From positions 248,001 through 312,000 of the forward strand of contig BCKZ01000002.1 of the NCBI GenBank assembly GCA_001600815.1: a stretch of DNA of 64,000 nucleotides, read 5' to 3'. Both the position numbers and the translations under genes were made by a program. The notes under the pieces are model-generated. The model did not search any database and was not told the DNA's origin. It saw nothing but the letters and a program-made list of their open reading frames with translations. The stretch comes from Alloascoidea hylecoeti. Taxonomy: Eukaryota. Of this stretch, positions 37,104 to 50,229 are shown one piece after another; position 1 is the first letter of the stretch, and each line of letters starts with the position of its first letter.

Positions 37104-37628
37104 ATGAAGGTTGAAATTGATTCATTTTCTGGTGCCAAGATTTACCCTGGAAAAGTATGTTGGCGTTTTCACTCTTTTGTTTAAGGGGCTATTTTACATC
37201 TAACATTTTTATAGGGTAAACTTTATGTTAGAGGTGACTCTAAGATTTTCAGATTCCAATCTTCAAAATCAGCATCTCTTTTCCTACAAAGAAAGAATCC
37301 TAGAAGAATTTCATGGACTGTTTTATATAGAAGACAACACCGTAAAGGTATCACTGAGGAAGTTGCCAAGAAGCGTTCCAGAAAAACTGTCAAACGTCAA
37401 CGTGCCATTGTTGGAGCTTCTCTTGAGTTAATCAAAGAGCGTCGTTCTATCAGACCAGAAGTCCGAAAATCACAACGTGAAGCTGCTGCAAAGGCTGATA
37501 AGGACAAGAAGAAGGCTGCAAAGGAACAAAAGAGAGCCGACAAGGTTAAGGGCCTCAAATCTGGTTCCAAGGTTAGCAAACAACAAGCCAAAGGTGCCTT
37601 CCAAAAGGTTCAAGCTACCTCCCGTTAA
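37104..37628 (+). CDS. RPL24: 60S ribosomal protein eL24; intron 37155-37214
   Basis: MKVEIDSFSGAKIYPGK/GKLYVRGDSKIFRFQSSKSASLFLQRKNPRRISWT..KVQATSR. Confidence 0.98.
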
Positions 37629-37865
37629 AATATTCAATTAGAGTAACGACCTGTACACTTTAATATATTAAACTTCTTTTTAGATTCGTCAAATGTAGCT
37701 GCTTTGTAATTCTGAGAACTGCCGTATATATCATACTACGCTACACCCATACATACATGAACCAAAGCTGCTGAATCACTCTCATATGATTGGCTGAAGT
37801 TTTTGATTATTACCAGTTTCTCCATCTCCAACTACCTATTCTATTAAACTCACCAACGAACAAAC

Positions 37866-38729
37866 ATGGGTGTTCATCAAAATCCGCAATCTACCCCTTA
37901 CGAAGTATGTAAAACCAAATGTTTTATCAAAGGATCACAAATAATTGTCCAGTTTCCAATGGTGGGATACCAAATTCAAATTCAATAGTAGTCGAGACAA
38001 ATGAGATATATTCAACTTTCTTTATGAACACGAGATTGATATTCTATAATTGTCATCAATCGATTATTGGATCATGGGAACCAAGAGTTCTGATTTATGA
38101 ATTTCAGAATTTTTGAATTGATCAAACTAGATTTTAACATGCCGATTTTTTTCTCTTAGTTAATTGATTCTGACCCACACTTTAACCGGGTCGTCCGTTT
38201 CTTCAGATCTAGCGACTATGCCGTTTGGGCAGCTGGAACGGTAGGGTTTCCTGCGCTATTACTTCTTATGGAAGGCGTTTCCCCCGTTGGTTCCAAAAGA
38301 TTTAAGGTCCCAGCAGGTATTCATATGCGAACTAGTACTTTATTAGGTTTCTTTGGCGGTTTTCAATTAGCTTATTGTAGATCTACTTTGAGATTTTGGG
38401 GTTGGCAAGAAAATAGCAGAGAAATTGAAAAAGATAGATATGAAACTAAAGCATCTCTTGCTCAGAATATAAATCCATATAATCAAAGATCATCTTTACC
38501 CGCATGGTTACAGGGTATTTCTACTGAAACCACTACTAACTCTCAATTGAACATGGCTATGATTCCACTTGTCAATGTTACACATCATCCATTTCATGGA
38601 ATAGATATCAGAAAATACTACGAGGTCCGACCTGGTGAAGAGAAATGGGGGTTTAATCTTACATTACCCAAGGAGCTTGAAGGAGAGTTTAAAGAGCCCG
38701 TTAAAGAACGACGAATAGGACTATCCTAA
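37866..38729 (+). CDS. Complex I accessory subunit NUXM (20.9-kDa family); intron 37905-38159
   Basis: PYE/LIDSDPHFNRVVRFFRSSDY, GFFGGF..AY.RST.RFWGW.EN.RE and HHPFHGID motifs. Confidence 0.9.
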
Positions 38730-39562
38730 GATTAATTTAAAGATTCCGCTATCAACCGAGACTGAAAAATTAGAAGTAAATCGGTAATAATGGTTTAATA
38801 TAGTAGTTATCAGTCTATAATTTCCATTGAATGCTATAAATCATTTTAACACGGATATGGGTTTATACTTTAAATAATCATTGCAATTGGAATCATAAAA
38901 TCATTAAATCATTTAATATATATTCATACATCTGCAAGTATTGTTGCTACCTATATAAAAGTAAGAAATCAACCCAGTAGTAGGGTCAGTACACCTTTTT
39001 TTTTCCATTTTCCTCAGACAATTATAAAAATTATATCCAAGTTTAAAAAAGTTGTAAAAAGTTTCACAATTTTCATATCACCCTCCGCATATTATAGTGC
39101 AATATTTTATGATTGCGATCACTTATTGACTTTTCGCAATCTCATTTTACTTACAAATTAAATATATTTTGATGTTATTCTTACATTTCTTTTTTTTTGT
39201 ATTAATTTTCCCAATTGGAAAGGTGTGATATAATTAACCTTTAAAATAAATGTATGCATGTAAACCATTAAGTGGTATAGCTTCTAATTACGTGTACATG
39301 TATGATTAATCGGATAAACTATAGCTATAATATACAGTTATAAATATATATCTCGATAATTTACTGCCAATGGAATGGAATTTGCAATAATAATACTTTT
39401 ACATCTATCCTGCAAGCTTTGGAAAGACCGCCGGTGTCTGGATGTAACAGAAAACATTGGTTGGCATGGCAACAGTACATGTTTATCACGTTTCATCAAA
39501 ATTAAAACTTGTTTACCTAACCTTTAAATCTATTTGAACTCGTTTATATCAACAACAATACA

Positions 39563-42452
39563 ATGGGTGATAAACAAGATGAAGATTATTCCTCTTTACC
39601 AGTGATTGAGAAAATAGTCCACAAGGTAAGTGTGATTTATCATTAAAGTTTTTTAAAATGATTGGCAAGATTTAACCTTTGATCATCACATAGGTTTGGA
39701 AAGTCCGTTCAGAAGGATATCAAGAATTGGCGAAAACCTTTTCTAAATCATCAAGTGATTATGACCCATGTTTTCAGCCATATCTTGATAATCCTGATTT
39801 ATTTCGTAAGGTGGTTACAGATTCTAATGTGGTAGCTCATGAACAAGGCCTGACTGCATTAAATGCGATGCTTGAATTTGGTGGGACCAATGCTTGTTTA
39901 CGATTAAGATCAATGGTATTAGGACCTATGATTGAAAAGTCCATTGGCCAGACAAGAGCTGGAACCAAACAAAAGACACTCGATGCTCTTTGCTGGTTTG
40001 TTGAATTAGACACACCAGACCCAGTTATTGACGAATTATTACCTTTCCTTTCTCACAGAACTCCCAAAATTGTCGCTGCCACGGCCCATGCATTGGTAGA
40101 AATATTAAAACTATTTGGCGCTAAAACTGTGTCTCCAAAGCCTCTGATACCTGTTCTCCCGAAACTATTTGGTCATGCCGATAAAACTGTCAGATCAGAA
40201 GCTTCAAACTTAACTATAGAGCTATATAAATGGATGGGCGACAGCTTAGAAAGCATCATTTTCCCTGATCTGAAACCTGTCCAACAGAAAGATTTAAAGG
40301 CTTCTTTTGAAAAAATCAAAGATGTGCAACCACACCAAGAGCGATACTTAAAATCTCAAAAGGAATCAATGGAAAGACAGCAAGCAAATGGTGTTTCTGC
40401 AGATGGTATGGATGGCGATGCAAACGATGAGGAGGTCGATGAAGGCATTAATACATATGATATGGTTGAAGCTGTTGATGTCCTATCAAAAATTCCAGAT
40501 GACTTCTACTCCAGACTTGGTTCTCCAAAGTGGAAAGAAAGAAAAGCAGCACTGGAGGAAGTTCACTCAATATTTAATGTTATGAAAGTATCAGAAGGTG
40601 ACTTCCATGAAATTATAAGAACTTTAGCAAAATGTATGAAAGACGCAAATCTTCAAGTAGTTACTCTTGCTGCTGACTGTATCACTTATCTTGCCAATGG
40701 TATGAGATCTGCCTTCTCAAAATACCAACAAATAGTAACAGGGCCAATTTTGGAAAGAACTAAGGAAAAGAAACAATCAGTTGCTGATGCTCTTAATGCC
40801 GCTCTTGACGCTATATTTAAAGGGGTAAGTTTGTTTAAATTTATTATTATTATTATCTTATACTAACGGAACATTGTTAAAAGTCCTCATTATCTGATAT
40901 TCTTGAAGTCACTGTTGAAAATATGAACCACAAGACCCCGAATATTAGAATTGAATCCATAAATTTTCTAACAAGATGTCTAAAAGAAACAAAGATTCCA
41001 CCAAAGACTCCAGAGGTTGAACTTATTATGACTGCAGCTATAAAATTGATTGCAGATAATCAAGCTCTAGTTAGAAATGCTATTGCAGAAGCTGTTGGAA
41101 CATTAATGAAGATTACTGGTGAGCGTTCTTTAAATCAACAGATGGAGAAAATTGAAGAAAACAGAAGAGGTAAAATTATGGAATATTTCGAATCAGCTAC
41201 AGTAAAAGCCAAAACACAGAAACCTCCTGCTCCAAAAAAGAGGAAAATATCTGGTGGAATCAAACGTCCAGCACCTAACTCGAACTCTACTGTACCTAAG
41301 AAAACAGCTAAAACAAGCACCCGACCCACTTCACGGCCGTCAACAAGAACGCCTACTTCAAATGTTTCTAACGAGCCCACACCTAAACCGGCACCATCAA
41401 CTAGGATGACACAGGCTAATACAAGAAAAAGATTACCCACCACCGAGAGTAGAAGACCCGGGGCAGCTATGCCACGTCGATCCCCTATACCTCGGGAAGA
41501 GTTTCTTTCTCCTCCACCTAGAAACAATAATTCCAATACCACAAAACCAGTAGCAATAAACAGAGGACTAGCAAGTATGTCATTATCTTCCACTGCTATG
41601 CCTTTAGCTTCTTCAAAATTAGACATATCTTTAAGCGCCGCCGAAAAGGCCGAATTAGAAGAATTAAGATCAGAAAAACTAGTTTGGGAAAAAGAAAGAG
41701 AAAAGCACACTTGGCAAGAACAACAGTTTATTGCTGACAAGACGAGATTCATGCACGAAATTACTTCTATTCATGTACAAAACGCCAAATTAATTGATGA
41801 TCACGCAAGAGAAATTTTATCTTATAAAGCTAAGGAAACACGATTGATGCGTGTTGAATCCGAATTGGATATTGAAAAGTCAAAGGTTGAAAAACTTGAA
41901 CATGAGATTGAAAAAATGCGTCTTAATTTACAAAAACAAGCATCAGATATGGAAAAAGAGAGATCAATAGAATCTTCGGTTCAGAGCATTAATTCAATTT
42001 CTTCCTCTAGTGAGTTTGGAAAGCCATCTCCTTTGAAAGAATCTGTTAAATCTACTAGATCCAATTTTATCCCAAGCAGTGGCATTAGATATAACCCACA
42101 ACAAAATACAAATTCAAGGCAGCGACCATCCGCTTTCGAGCGACCCATTACGCGTGGACCTCCTCGATTTTCACAGGATCAAAAGGAAAATCGAATAGCA
42201 TCATCACAGTCGTTTGTAAAGTCTGATGATTTAGAGGATCATCTTAAATCGCCAACTAGATATAGGCCGAATGGAAGGCAGAGCCTAGCCAAACGGCCTT
42301 TACGAGAAGAAGATGGGCATAAAACGATAATTCCACCAGGTAAAACTGAAAACTGGAAAAGAACAAGTGAGGTTACTAGTCAACTACGGGCAAGAATAGA
42401 GAATATGAAGAAAAGAAGTCTTCAACCCCAAACATCTTTGTATAATCGATGA
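39563..42452 (+). CDS. STU2: XMAP215/Dis1-family microtubule polymerase Stu2; introns 39626-39693 and 40825-40883
   Basis: TOG1 (HK/VWKVR, DSNVVAHE), TOG2 (KWKERK.ALEE, KDANLQVV, RTKEKK), basic linker, coiled coil, and C-terminal WKRTSEVTSQLRARIENMK. Confidence 0.95.
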
Positions 42453-42722
42453 TTTTTAAATTAATCTACAGGTTTTCATTATGGTTTTTTTACGTGTTGA
42501 TGTCGTCGGTCTGCATATGTTTTCTCTTTTGTTATATTAATATTTAGCTCATGTATATTTCCAATTGCAAATTGAACAAACCTATGTTATCAGCATTATA
42601 TTATATATGTAAAATATTTTCTTCACTCCCATAAAATGAACATTCGTTTTATGTCCTTAAAAGTTGAGGAAAACGGGTAGTTTCGTGTGTTATATGTGTA
42701 TTATTATAAAATATTGGATCAG

Positions 42723-45680
42723 TCATATGGTGAACCGATTATTAGGTGATACTTCATTTAGGTATTCTTCTACGAATTCGCCTTGGATTGTTTGTAAAAC
42801 CCTTCTGACTTCCCATTTAAAAGATTGTGTTCGGCCAAATGGATAGTTAATAGGAGGTAAATATGGTTCTAAATGTTTAGCAATAGAACGGATACATGCC
42901 GATTGTCTTGGGAATGCGGGATAGGTTTGATCATTCCATCTCAACTGAATAGTCTTATAATTCCCTTCATCATGGTACCAGAACCAACAGGAGGAGATAT
43001 TAGGATTTGTATAGCTAGCTTCAAGTAACTTTTCCCGCAATTGTAATAGTCTTAGATCCCTTTCGGTAAAATAAATGACTTTTCTTTCTTCGGGTGTCAT
43101 ACCAACAAGCTCTTCATTTTCAATTATATCCGCTTCTAATAACAGTCTAAAACAATATGCCCTTGCAGCAACATGTGAAATGAATCCTTTGATTGGCTTT
43201 CCTAGTTTTTTGCATTGTATTCTGAAATCATAAATCGTCCTACTCCATAGATCCATTACTTGATATCTATCTAAATCAGGAGGAAATAAATTGAAAAAGT
43301 TTTGCAATATGAAATCAACAAATATAACATCATATTCCTGACTAAATGTGAAAAGGTATGATTGTTCTGAAGCCAATTGATCACCGTCCGTTTTCCTCTT
43401 AAGGAATCTTTTCCCTGGTTTCCACATATCCCTCGGTCTTTTATCAAATTTAAAATCCATTGGAGGTAGATATCTCTCAAGATTTTTAGCAATAAAACGA
43501 ATGTAACCACTCACCTCACTAATATTATAAGATCCTGGATGCTTACTTTGTAGGATCCCGACATTTTCGAATTCATCTTCACCATTTAATTTCAACCAAG
43601 TATTCTTAAAACGAATGATACCGTCTTCTTGTAAAATTGACCATATTCTCCATAGATCATTGGATTTCTGATCAGCTTGAAATAAGAATTTATCCGCAAG
43701 TATTTTTGATGGTGATTTTTCAGTAATCTCCAAGTCAAATCCATAAAGTAATTGGTACAAGTAAGATCTTGCAGATAATGGACTAATATCTCCAACTATT
43801 GGCATTGCAGAATCAGCACATGTTATTCTAAAGTCTTGAATTACCTTTTCCCATAGTTTCATATGGTCAACTAAATTTCTTTCGTTTTCGTTGCTGTTTG
43901 ATGAAAAGAACGTTAGATATACTAACCTTGTAAATATAAAGTTATAGGATTCATTAAAGACAAAAAGTTTAGGCCCGCGACCAGATATTGATATTGTTTG
44001 ATCATTATGTCGATTTTGATTTTGATGTTTCCCATTAGCGGACAATAGTCGATCGGGAATATCCTGTTGTAATGTAATAGAGTCAGTCCTTGGTCTTGCT
44101 GGTGAGAATTGGTTGGTGATAATTGATGACTGGCGTGATTGTAACTTAATATTATTCATATTATTACGGGAAGAAGCGAGTTCTGCAGCTGGTGTTCCTC
44201 TGGTAACTTTATTGGGTGTAATATTAATATACTGGCTATTAGAGTTTGGGATAAAGTTTGGTGCAACAGAATTTGGGATTGAAATGCTAGATGTGCTTTT
44301 TCTTGGTCTTCCTCTCCCCCTTCCTCGTTTGCTTTTAGCGACAGATATTGAGCCGTTTCGGGTTGGAGATTCAGAAGAAAGCGTAGCATTATTATTATTG
44401 TTATTGGTGTTTGAAAGAGAAGATAAAGCGGCTGATATTGAACGAGGGGAAATAGTAGTATTATTGGCAAATGTTGTAGGCAGCTCGGGTTGCCCTTGGT
44501 TATGTATAACGTAGCTCGAAAGTGGAGAGGCTGTTTCTGAAGCCAATCGTTGTCTTTTGGCCGTATGGTGAATTGATTCATTTTGAGAAGAGAATGAATG
44601 ATGTCTCACCCTCGTTTCAATAGGTTCCATCTCTAGAACAGGGGCTGAAATCTGTGGCAGATGTGAAAAAGGTTCATTTCCTGCCCTTTTTGAAACGTTA
44701 TCTGGGACTAATGATGCCCGTGGACTATCTAAGGAATTATTACTAACATAAGTGCTGATACTAGTTCTCTTATTGTTTGGATCTATTGTCATTGTTATAT
44801 TGGTATTGATATTAGATGTGTCTTTGGGTGAAGTATTGTCATTGATATTGGTGGAATCAAATTTTGATTTGTCTTCAGTTGTGACTTCATCATTGACATT
44901 GTTTCTGTTAGTTGCTTTACCATTTTTCACATTATGTTGATGCTTTTTCTCGTACAATTCCTCAAATGTCTTACCATTCTTATCGGCTATGATTCGCCTG
45001 ACTCTCCAATCTTTTGATTCTGGAACCGAAAGAGTATAATTGATAGGAGGTAAATATTTCTCTAATTTCTTCGCCATTGCTCTAATATAGGCATTTTGTA
45101 TATTAAATTCATGATTCTCATCATTCTGATCCCATTTTATGGTAATCGTTCTAAATTTCTTTTCATCGGGGAATCTAAACCAAACTTTTTGATTATTTGC
45201 CAGATCATTGTTTAGTACTTTTGCCCATAGTCTAATTAAAGATTTTGTACGATCGGTTGTGTTTATTAAATGTTTTTGAAATTGATCATTTGTAAGACCC
45301 GATAATTGGTCGTTAATGAAGATATCAGCTTCTAAAAGCAAACGAAAGCAATAGGCCTGTACAGCTCGTGTATTGAAGCATCCGGTGAAAGTTTTGTTAT
45401 TGAGTGAACATTCATGGTGGAATTCAGTGGTCACTTGAGACCACAGTTTTGATAAAGATAGATGTGTGGCTGGATCTTCGTTTTCAAATTGATCAAAGAA
45501 CACTTTTATAACAGCAGACACAAAGTATATATCGTATTCCATGGAGAATATAAATAAAGGACTTGAAGAGCTCTTATCATTTTCTCTAGGCGGAGTCTTT
45601 AATTTTGAAGATGATAGTGGGGAAGAGCTATGCCTGTTGGACAAAGACATCAGTTCGTTTACTGAATCTGCTGTCGACAT
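42723..45680 (-). CDS. Uncharacterised 985-aa protein with three ~190-aa internal repeats and an AT-hook
   Basis: Intronless ORF. Repeats at aa ~42-230, ~572-760 and ~776-960, and KRGRGRGRPRKS in a disordered linker. Confidence 0.85.
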   Translation of the reverse strand: MSTADSVNELMSLSNRHSSSPLSSSKLKTPPRENDKSSSSPLFIFSMEYDIYFVSAVIKVFFDQFENEDPATHLSLSKLWSQVTTEFHHECSLNNKTFTGCFNTRAVQAYCFRLLLEADIFINDQLSGLTNDQFQKHLINTTDRTKSLIRLWAKVLNNDLANNQKVWFRFPDEKKFRTITIKWDQNDENHEFNIQNAYIRAMAKKLEKYLPPINYTLSVPESKDWRVRRIIADKNGKTFEELYEKKHQHNVKNGKATNRNNVNDEVTTEDKSKFDSTNINDNTSPKDTSNINTNITMTIDPNNKRTSISTYVSNNSLDSPRASLVPDNVSKRAGNEPFSHLPQISAPVLEMEPIETRVRHHSFSSQNESIHHTAKRQRLASETASPLSSYVIHNQGQPELPTTFANNTTISPRSISAALSSLSNTNNNNNNATLSSESPTRNGSISVAKSKRGRGRGRPRKSTSSISIPNSVAPNFIPNSNSQYINITPNKVTRGTPAAELASSRNNMNNIKLQSRQSSIITNQFSPARPRTDSITLQQDIPDRLLSANGKHQNQNRHNDQTISISGRGPKLFVFNESYNFIFTRLVYLTFFSSNSNENERNLVDHMKLWEKVIQDFRITCADSAMPIVGDISPLSARSYLYQLLYGFDLEITEKSPSKILADKFLFQADQKSNDLWRIWSILQEDGIIRFKNTWLKLNGEDEFENVGILQSKHPGSYNISEVSGYIRFIAKNLERYLPPMDFKFDKRPRDMWKPGKRFLKRKTDGDQLASEQSYLFTFSQEYDVIFVDFILQNFFNLFPPDLDRYQVMDLWSRTIYDFRIQCKKLGKPIKGFISHVAARAYCFRLLLEADIIENEELVGMTPEERKVIYFTERDLRLLQLREKLLEASYTNPNISSCWFWYHDEGNYKTIQLRWNDQTYPAFPRQSACIRSIAKHLEPYLPPINYPFGRTQSFKWEVRRVLQTIQGEFVEEYLNEVSPNNRFTI

Positions 45681-48600
45681 AAAATCCAGAAGTATTTCTT
45701 TAGTTTTTTTATTTCTGTACTTTTAAATATTTATACTATATAAGACAATTTTTAGAGGTGCACGTTGTTATGTTATATTCATCAAGGAGGCGGTAAGAAT
45801 TATAAGGTTGGTATGGTACGGACCAAAAGAATCGAAAGCAACGGCAGGAGGTGATTTAGCGGAGGGGAGGAAGAAGGATGAAAAATGAGATATGGAGACA
45901 TATATATAATTAATTTAAGCTTATTTTGCAAAATATGCCCTGATTTCCAAGAAGGTAGGGATGTTTTTTTTCTCCTGAATCCACTTTTCAATGGGTGGGA
46001 TTTTCTGATTTTCTGTTCGGCTGCTTGTAAATGTAATAACTACGAAGCTTGAAGAGCGCAGGATTGATCCAGCAGAAACCCTGTTCTGTAAGATCCATCT
46101 ACTTCAGTATAAACTTCACATAAACCTCCATATAAATTGCCCATTGTTCATCCCTGTGCCACATAATATATTATGTGACCAATTCGGCTTCTTTAAGCGA
46201 AATTTCGTAGAATTTCATGTCGAACAAGATTAAAAGAAGAACCCGATAAACCGATGGAAACTCGTACCTAATAGTGCCACCTACTCTTCTGATGATAATT
46301 AATCAAATGAACAATATTTATACTGATTGATGATAAACGGTTGTAACGTTAACTAACTACCCTGTAACCTGAATGGCTACCGAAAATAGTAGACTTCGCA
46401 CCTTTATAGCCCTTCAATACTGTGGCTTGAAGTTAATTTCAATATCAAGTATTATTAACCACTGTCATGAAGAACAAAAAGAAAAAGAGATTTAGAGAAA
46501 AAAGCACAAAGAATATTTAATACGAATATGATCCACTATTTAATCTCATATTCACATATCCATATGTAATAATATATGAAATGTAGTAGCCAATATTTTT
46601 GCACATTTTGCAGCACCAGTAAATAATATAATAATATTTCAAGAGTGCCAGTGAAATATTTTGATAATATGTTAATGTTCAATTGCAATATTTATTAATT
46701 AAAGAAATTTGGGTGCTAACCACATGAAGCATATAAGTACTTTATATAAATTTAAAAAGCACCAAATTATTACCCAACATTTATATTTTAAATGCATAAT
46801 GCATAGAATCCAAGGAAATTTGTTTGATCTTCATATTATATTTATATTAATTTCTAACTTTATTTATTAATATAAGTAATTTTTCAGCTCGGATTTTTAA
46901 TTGGATATAAATGTTAATCTTGTAATTATAGTGCAAGTATCACTCCACAATTGTAATATATTCAGGGTCAAACTTAAAAAAACAAAAAACAATTCAAATT
47001 GATAAATAAAAAAGAAGAATCTTCTTTTATTATCTTTAGAGTACAATTAATTATAATACAACTATTTAATTGCTTATAATTATAACTAAACATAACCACC
47101 AAGCTAGGCCTAGATATACCGGTATAAACTGTATATAAATGTTATAGTTGTAGCTAGGAGTTTTCCGAGTACTTGAGTTTTTAGAAGAAGCATATGTAGA
47201 TTTACAGAGTAATATTACTATTAATATTTTGAAAAGTACGTGTACCTATATAGCTAATATATAAACTCCAGTTTGAAATAACACATGATCACTTTTAAAC
47301 GAAAAAAAAAGAAAAAAAAAATGATCATTACATATTTAAATAATACCAGTACTGTATCTCCAATAAATCCCTGAAGCTTGAACCCCAAAACCTGAAACTT
47401 CTAACGTGAAAACGAAAGCTTACCGAAAGGAATTTTGATTATTAGTTATAATAGTTCACATCACCTTTAGACTTGATTGATGAGATCAATTAGCGGTATA
47501 CTTAACTATTAGACAAATGAGTTTTAATAACTATAGGCCTAGAATATGCTGTATTGGTCATAATTATGTATATAGTTTTAAACACAGCTTGAATTTAATA
47601 GAACATTAATTAATTAATCAATCATCATCATCAAGCTCAATTGCAATATTAATCATTATTAATTGCATGGTTATCTTTTACACCTCTAGATCTATAAACA
47701 AATAAATACTAGTTTCAAAAATATAAAATGAAGTATAAGTTTTGATAATTCTTAATCACAGAAAAATATTTTTTGATTATAATAATAATCATTTTTAATT
47801 AAGTTTTAAAAACATATTTGCGGTTCACTGTAAGGTTATACATTTACAGCATTATAATACTCACTTGAGCAACGAACTAATATAATAGAAATATAGCTAT
47901 ATAGATATATAAGTTATAGATACATGGATTATAGCATTGTTTTGGTCCATTATTAATAACAGGTTTAACATTAATATTTACATCAAATTTAATTCTATAT
48001 CTAATTACTATAATTATGAATTTATACTAATATATATTTATGCTCCAACGTCGACACATAATCACCAGTTTTATTTTAGAATTTCAAAGTTCTTAAACTT
48101 CCAAAATATACGATCTTCTTTGGGTTAAATGAATTTATAGGTTCTCACAAAAGTTTTCTATAGAAAAAATATGAAGATAGGTCAGTTATAAAACTGTGGC
48201 TTAAAGTACAGTGCATGTTGTGTATAGACACTACAACGTTATATAATTAACAAATGTAATTAGTATTTAGATATCATTAGCATGAACAAATCTATATATA
48301 ACACTAAGTATTAGACGAAGTGAATTTAAATGAATAAAATGATGGTTCAAGCTGAATACAAGTAAGATTATAATTACAAATAGAAGTAGAAATAGAAATG
48401 TAAATTAACTTTATTGCCACACTTCGTTCCTGATATTAATAGAAATTAAGCGAAAAATTCCTCTATTTTGTTAATAAATCTTTGTAACATCATTTGTATA
48501 AACTTAAGCAATAGCTAAATATAAGTCAAATATTCTAATTTCCCTACAAACACTTATAGTTGATCCCATCCGTCAGGCCTTTTCTGTGAATTCAATTAAA

Positions 48601-49084
48601 GTAAAAGTTAAATTTTCAATTGATAATGAGCGGAGAATACTATATTATCTGAATTGATACAATAAGGACATTAACTCTAGATCTATATCTATTATACAAT
48701 TTGTATGGGATTATTAATAATACCCAGTAAGCCACAATTTTTGTGAATACTTTTTATCAAAATATGGCCTTAATCATAACTCTAATATAGGGATAATTGA
48801 AATCAAAGACTAGTTTCAAATTGTTAATTATAGTTATATTATATAGAGAAAAATATTTCTGTCAGTTTCTCAATACAGAGATTTTTCCAGAGCTTATATA
48901 ATTCGATTGAAAATATATGATCATGAAGCTAAAGAGAACAAAATTTACAATCACAAATTCACTTAAATACAATTGAAAACAATAATATAATAATAATGGA
49001 AAAATCCATAAATGGTACTCGAAGCTCACAAGCTACGAAATTTCAAGCTAAAAAGATGGATTTCAATATTAATAATCAACCAGC

Positions 49085-49092
49085 TCACGTGA
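49085..49092. promoter_or_regulatory. E-box TCACGTGA (Cbf1/Tye7-type bHLH site)
   Basis: Perfect palindrome about 190 bp upstream of the TDA10-like ATG. Confidence 0.45.
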
Positions 49093-49281
49093 TTGATGTA
49101 TGATAATAATTAAATAACCTGCAATATTAACTTCACCACTTTGCATTCAATTGCAATATAAAAATAATCCTTTATAAGATATTAGAGCTATAATTATAAA
49201 GTGCTGCTATTATCGGTTGAACCAACAAAGGATTACTGTTCTCCAACAAAAAACAATATATTTTCATAATAATAAAATAGC

Positions 49282-50229
49282 ATGTCAACTCTCAATGTTA
49301 CATTGGAATTTCTTGTTCCATACCTTAATGCCATCCGTGCCGATAAAGCAAAAGGTATCATTCACCCTCCTCTCATTCTTGGAATATCAGGTCCACAAGG
49401 ATCTGGAAAGTCGACCCTTTCTTCAAAACTTGTTAACACTCTAAACTCAAAACAATTTTATACAATAGAGCTTTCACTAGATGACTTGTATCTCACACAT
49501 GGCAATCAGTCCCAATTGGCCAAATCAGAACCTGATAATTCTTTACTCCAACACAGAGGTGTCCCTGGAACCCACGACGTTGATTTAGGTGTCAGTATAT
49601 TTGAACGACTTATAAATTGGAATAACCCCCGAAATAACTATGATACAGATTTACTTTTACCAAGGTACGATAAAGCTGCATACAATGGACAAGGTGATCG
49701 ATATCCTCCTACAACATGGCCTAAAGTTTCTCATAAAAATAATAAACATGTAGATATCGTGATTTTCGAGGGATGGTGTGTAGGTTTCAAACCATTGCGA
49801 AGCGCTGATCTTGCTCGTTCTTATAAGATTAATAGTACTAATAGATTACTAACATATTCCTCGTTGAAATTATCAGATCTTTTATTTATCAACGATAAAC
49901 TTCGTTCCTATCAACAACTATGGGAATATTTTGATCTATTTGTTCAATTGGACGCCAAAGATATCAAGTTTGTTTATGACTGGAGAAAACAACAAGAACA
50001 TGAACTAATAAAAATTCGTGGGAATGGAATGTCTGACACTGAAGTTGATAATTTCATTAATGACTATATGCCATGCTATGAACTTTATTTAGACAATCTA
50101 CGAAATTATGGTGTTGTTCAAGGGAAAGGTAAGAATCTAAAAATTTGTTTAGACAGAAAGCGGCAAATTGAAATGACCGCCCTCTCATCAAACCAAACTG
50201 CCCACAAATCTGAAATTTGCTTGCTGTAA
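49282..50229 (+). CDS. TDA10: P-loop kinase, D-glycerate 3-kinase-like (Tda10)
   Basis: GISGPQGSGKST, SLDDLYLTH, HRGVPGTHD, PRYDKA, FEGWCVGF and WRKQQEH motifs. Confidence 0.9.
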   Translation: MSTLNVTLEFLVPYLNAIRADKAKGIIHPPLILGISGPQGSGKSTLSSKLVNTLNSKQFYTIELSLDDLYLTHGNQSQLAKSEPDNSLLQHRGVPGTHDVDLGVSIFERLINWNNPRNNYDTDLLLPRYDKAAYNGQGDRYPPTTWPKVSHKNNKHVDIVIFEGWCVGFKPLRSADLARSYKINSTNRLLTYSSLKLSDLLFINDKLRSYQQLWEYFDLFVQLDAKDIKFVYDWRKQQEHELIKIRGNGMSDTEVDNFINDYMPCYELYLDNLRNYGVVQGKGKNLKICLDRKRQIEMTALSSNQTAHKSEICLL

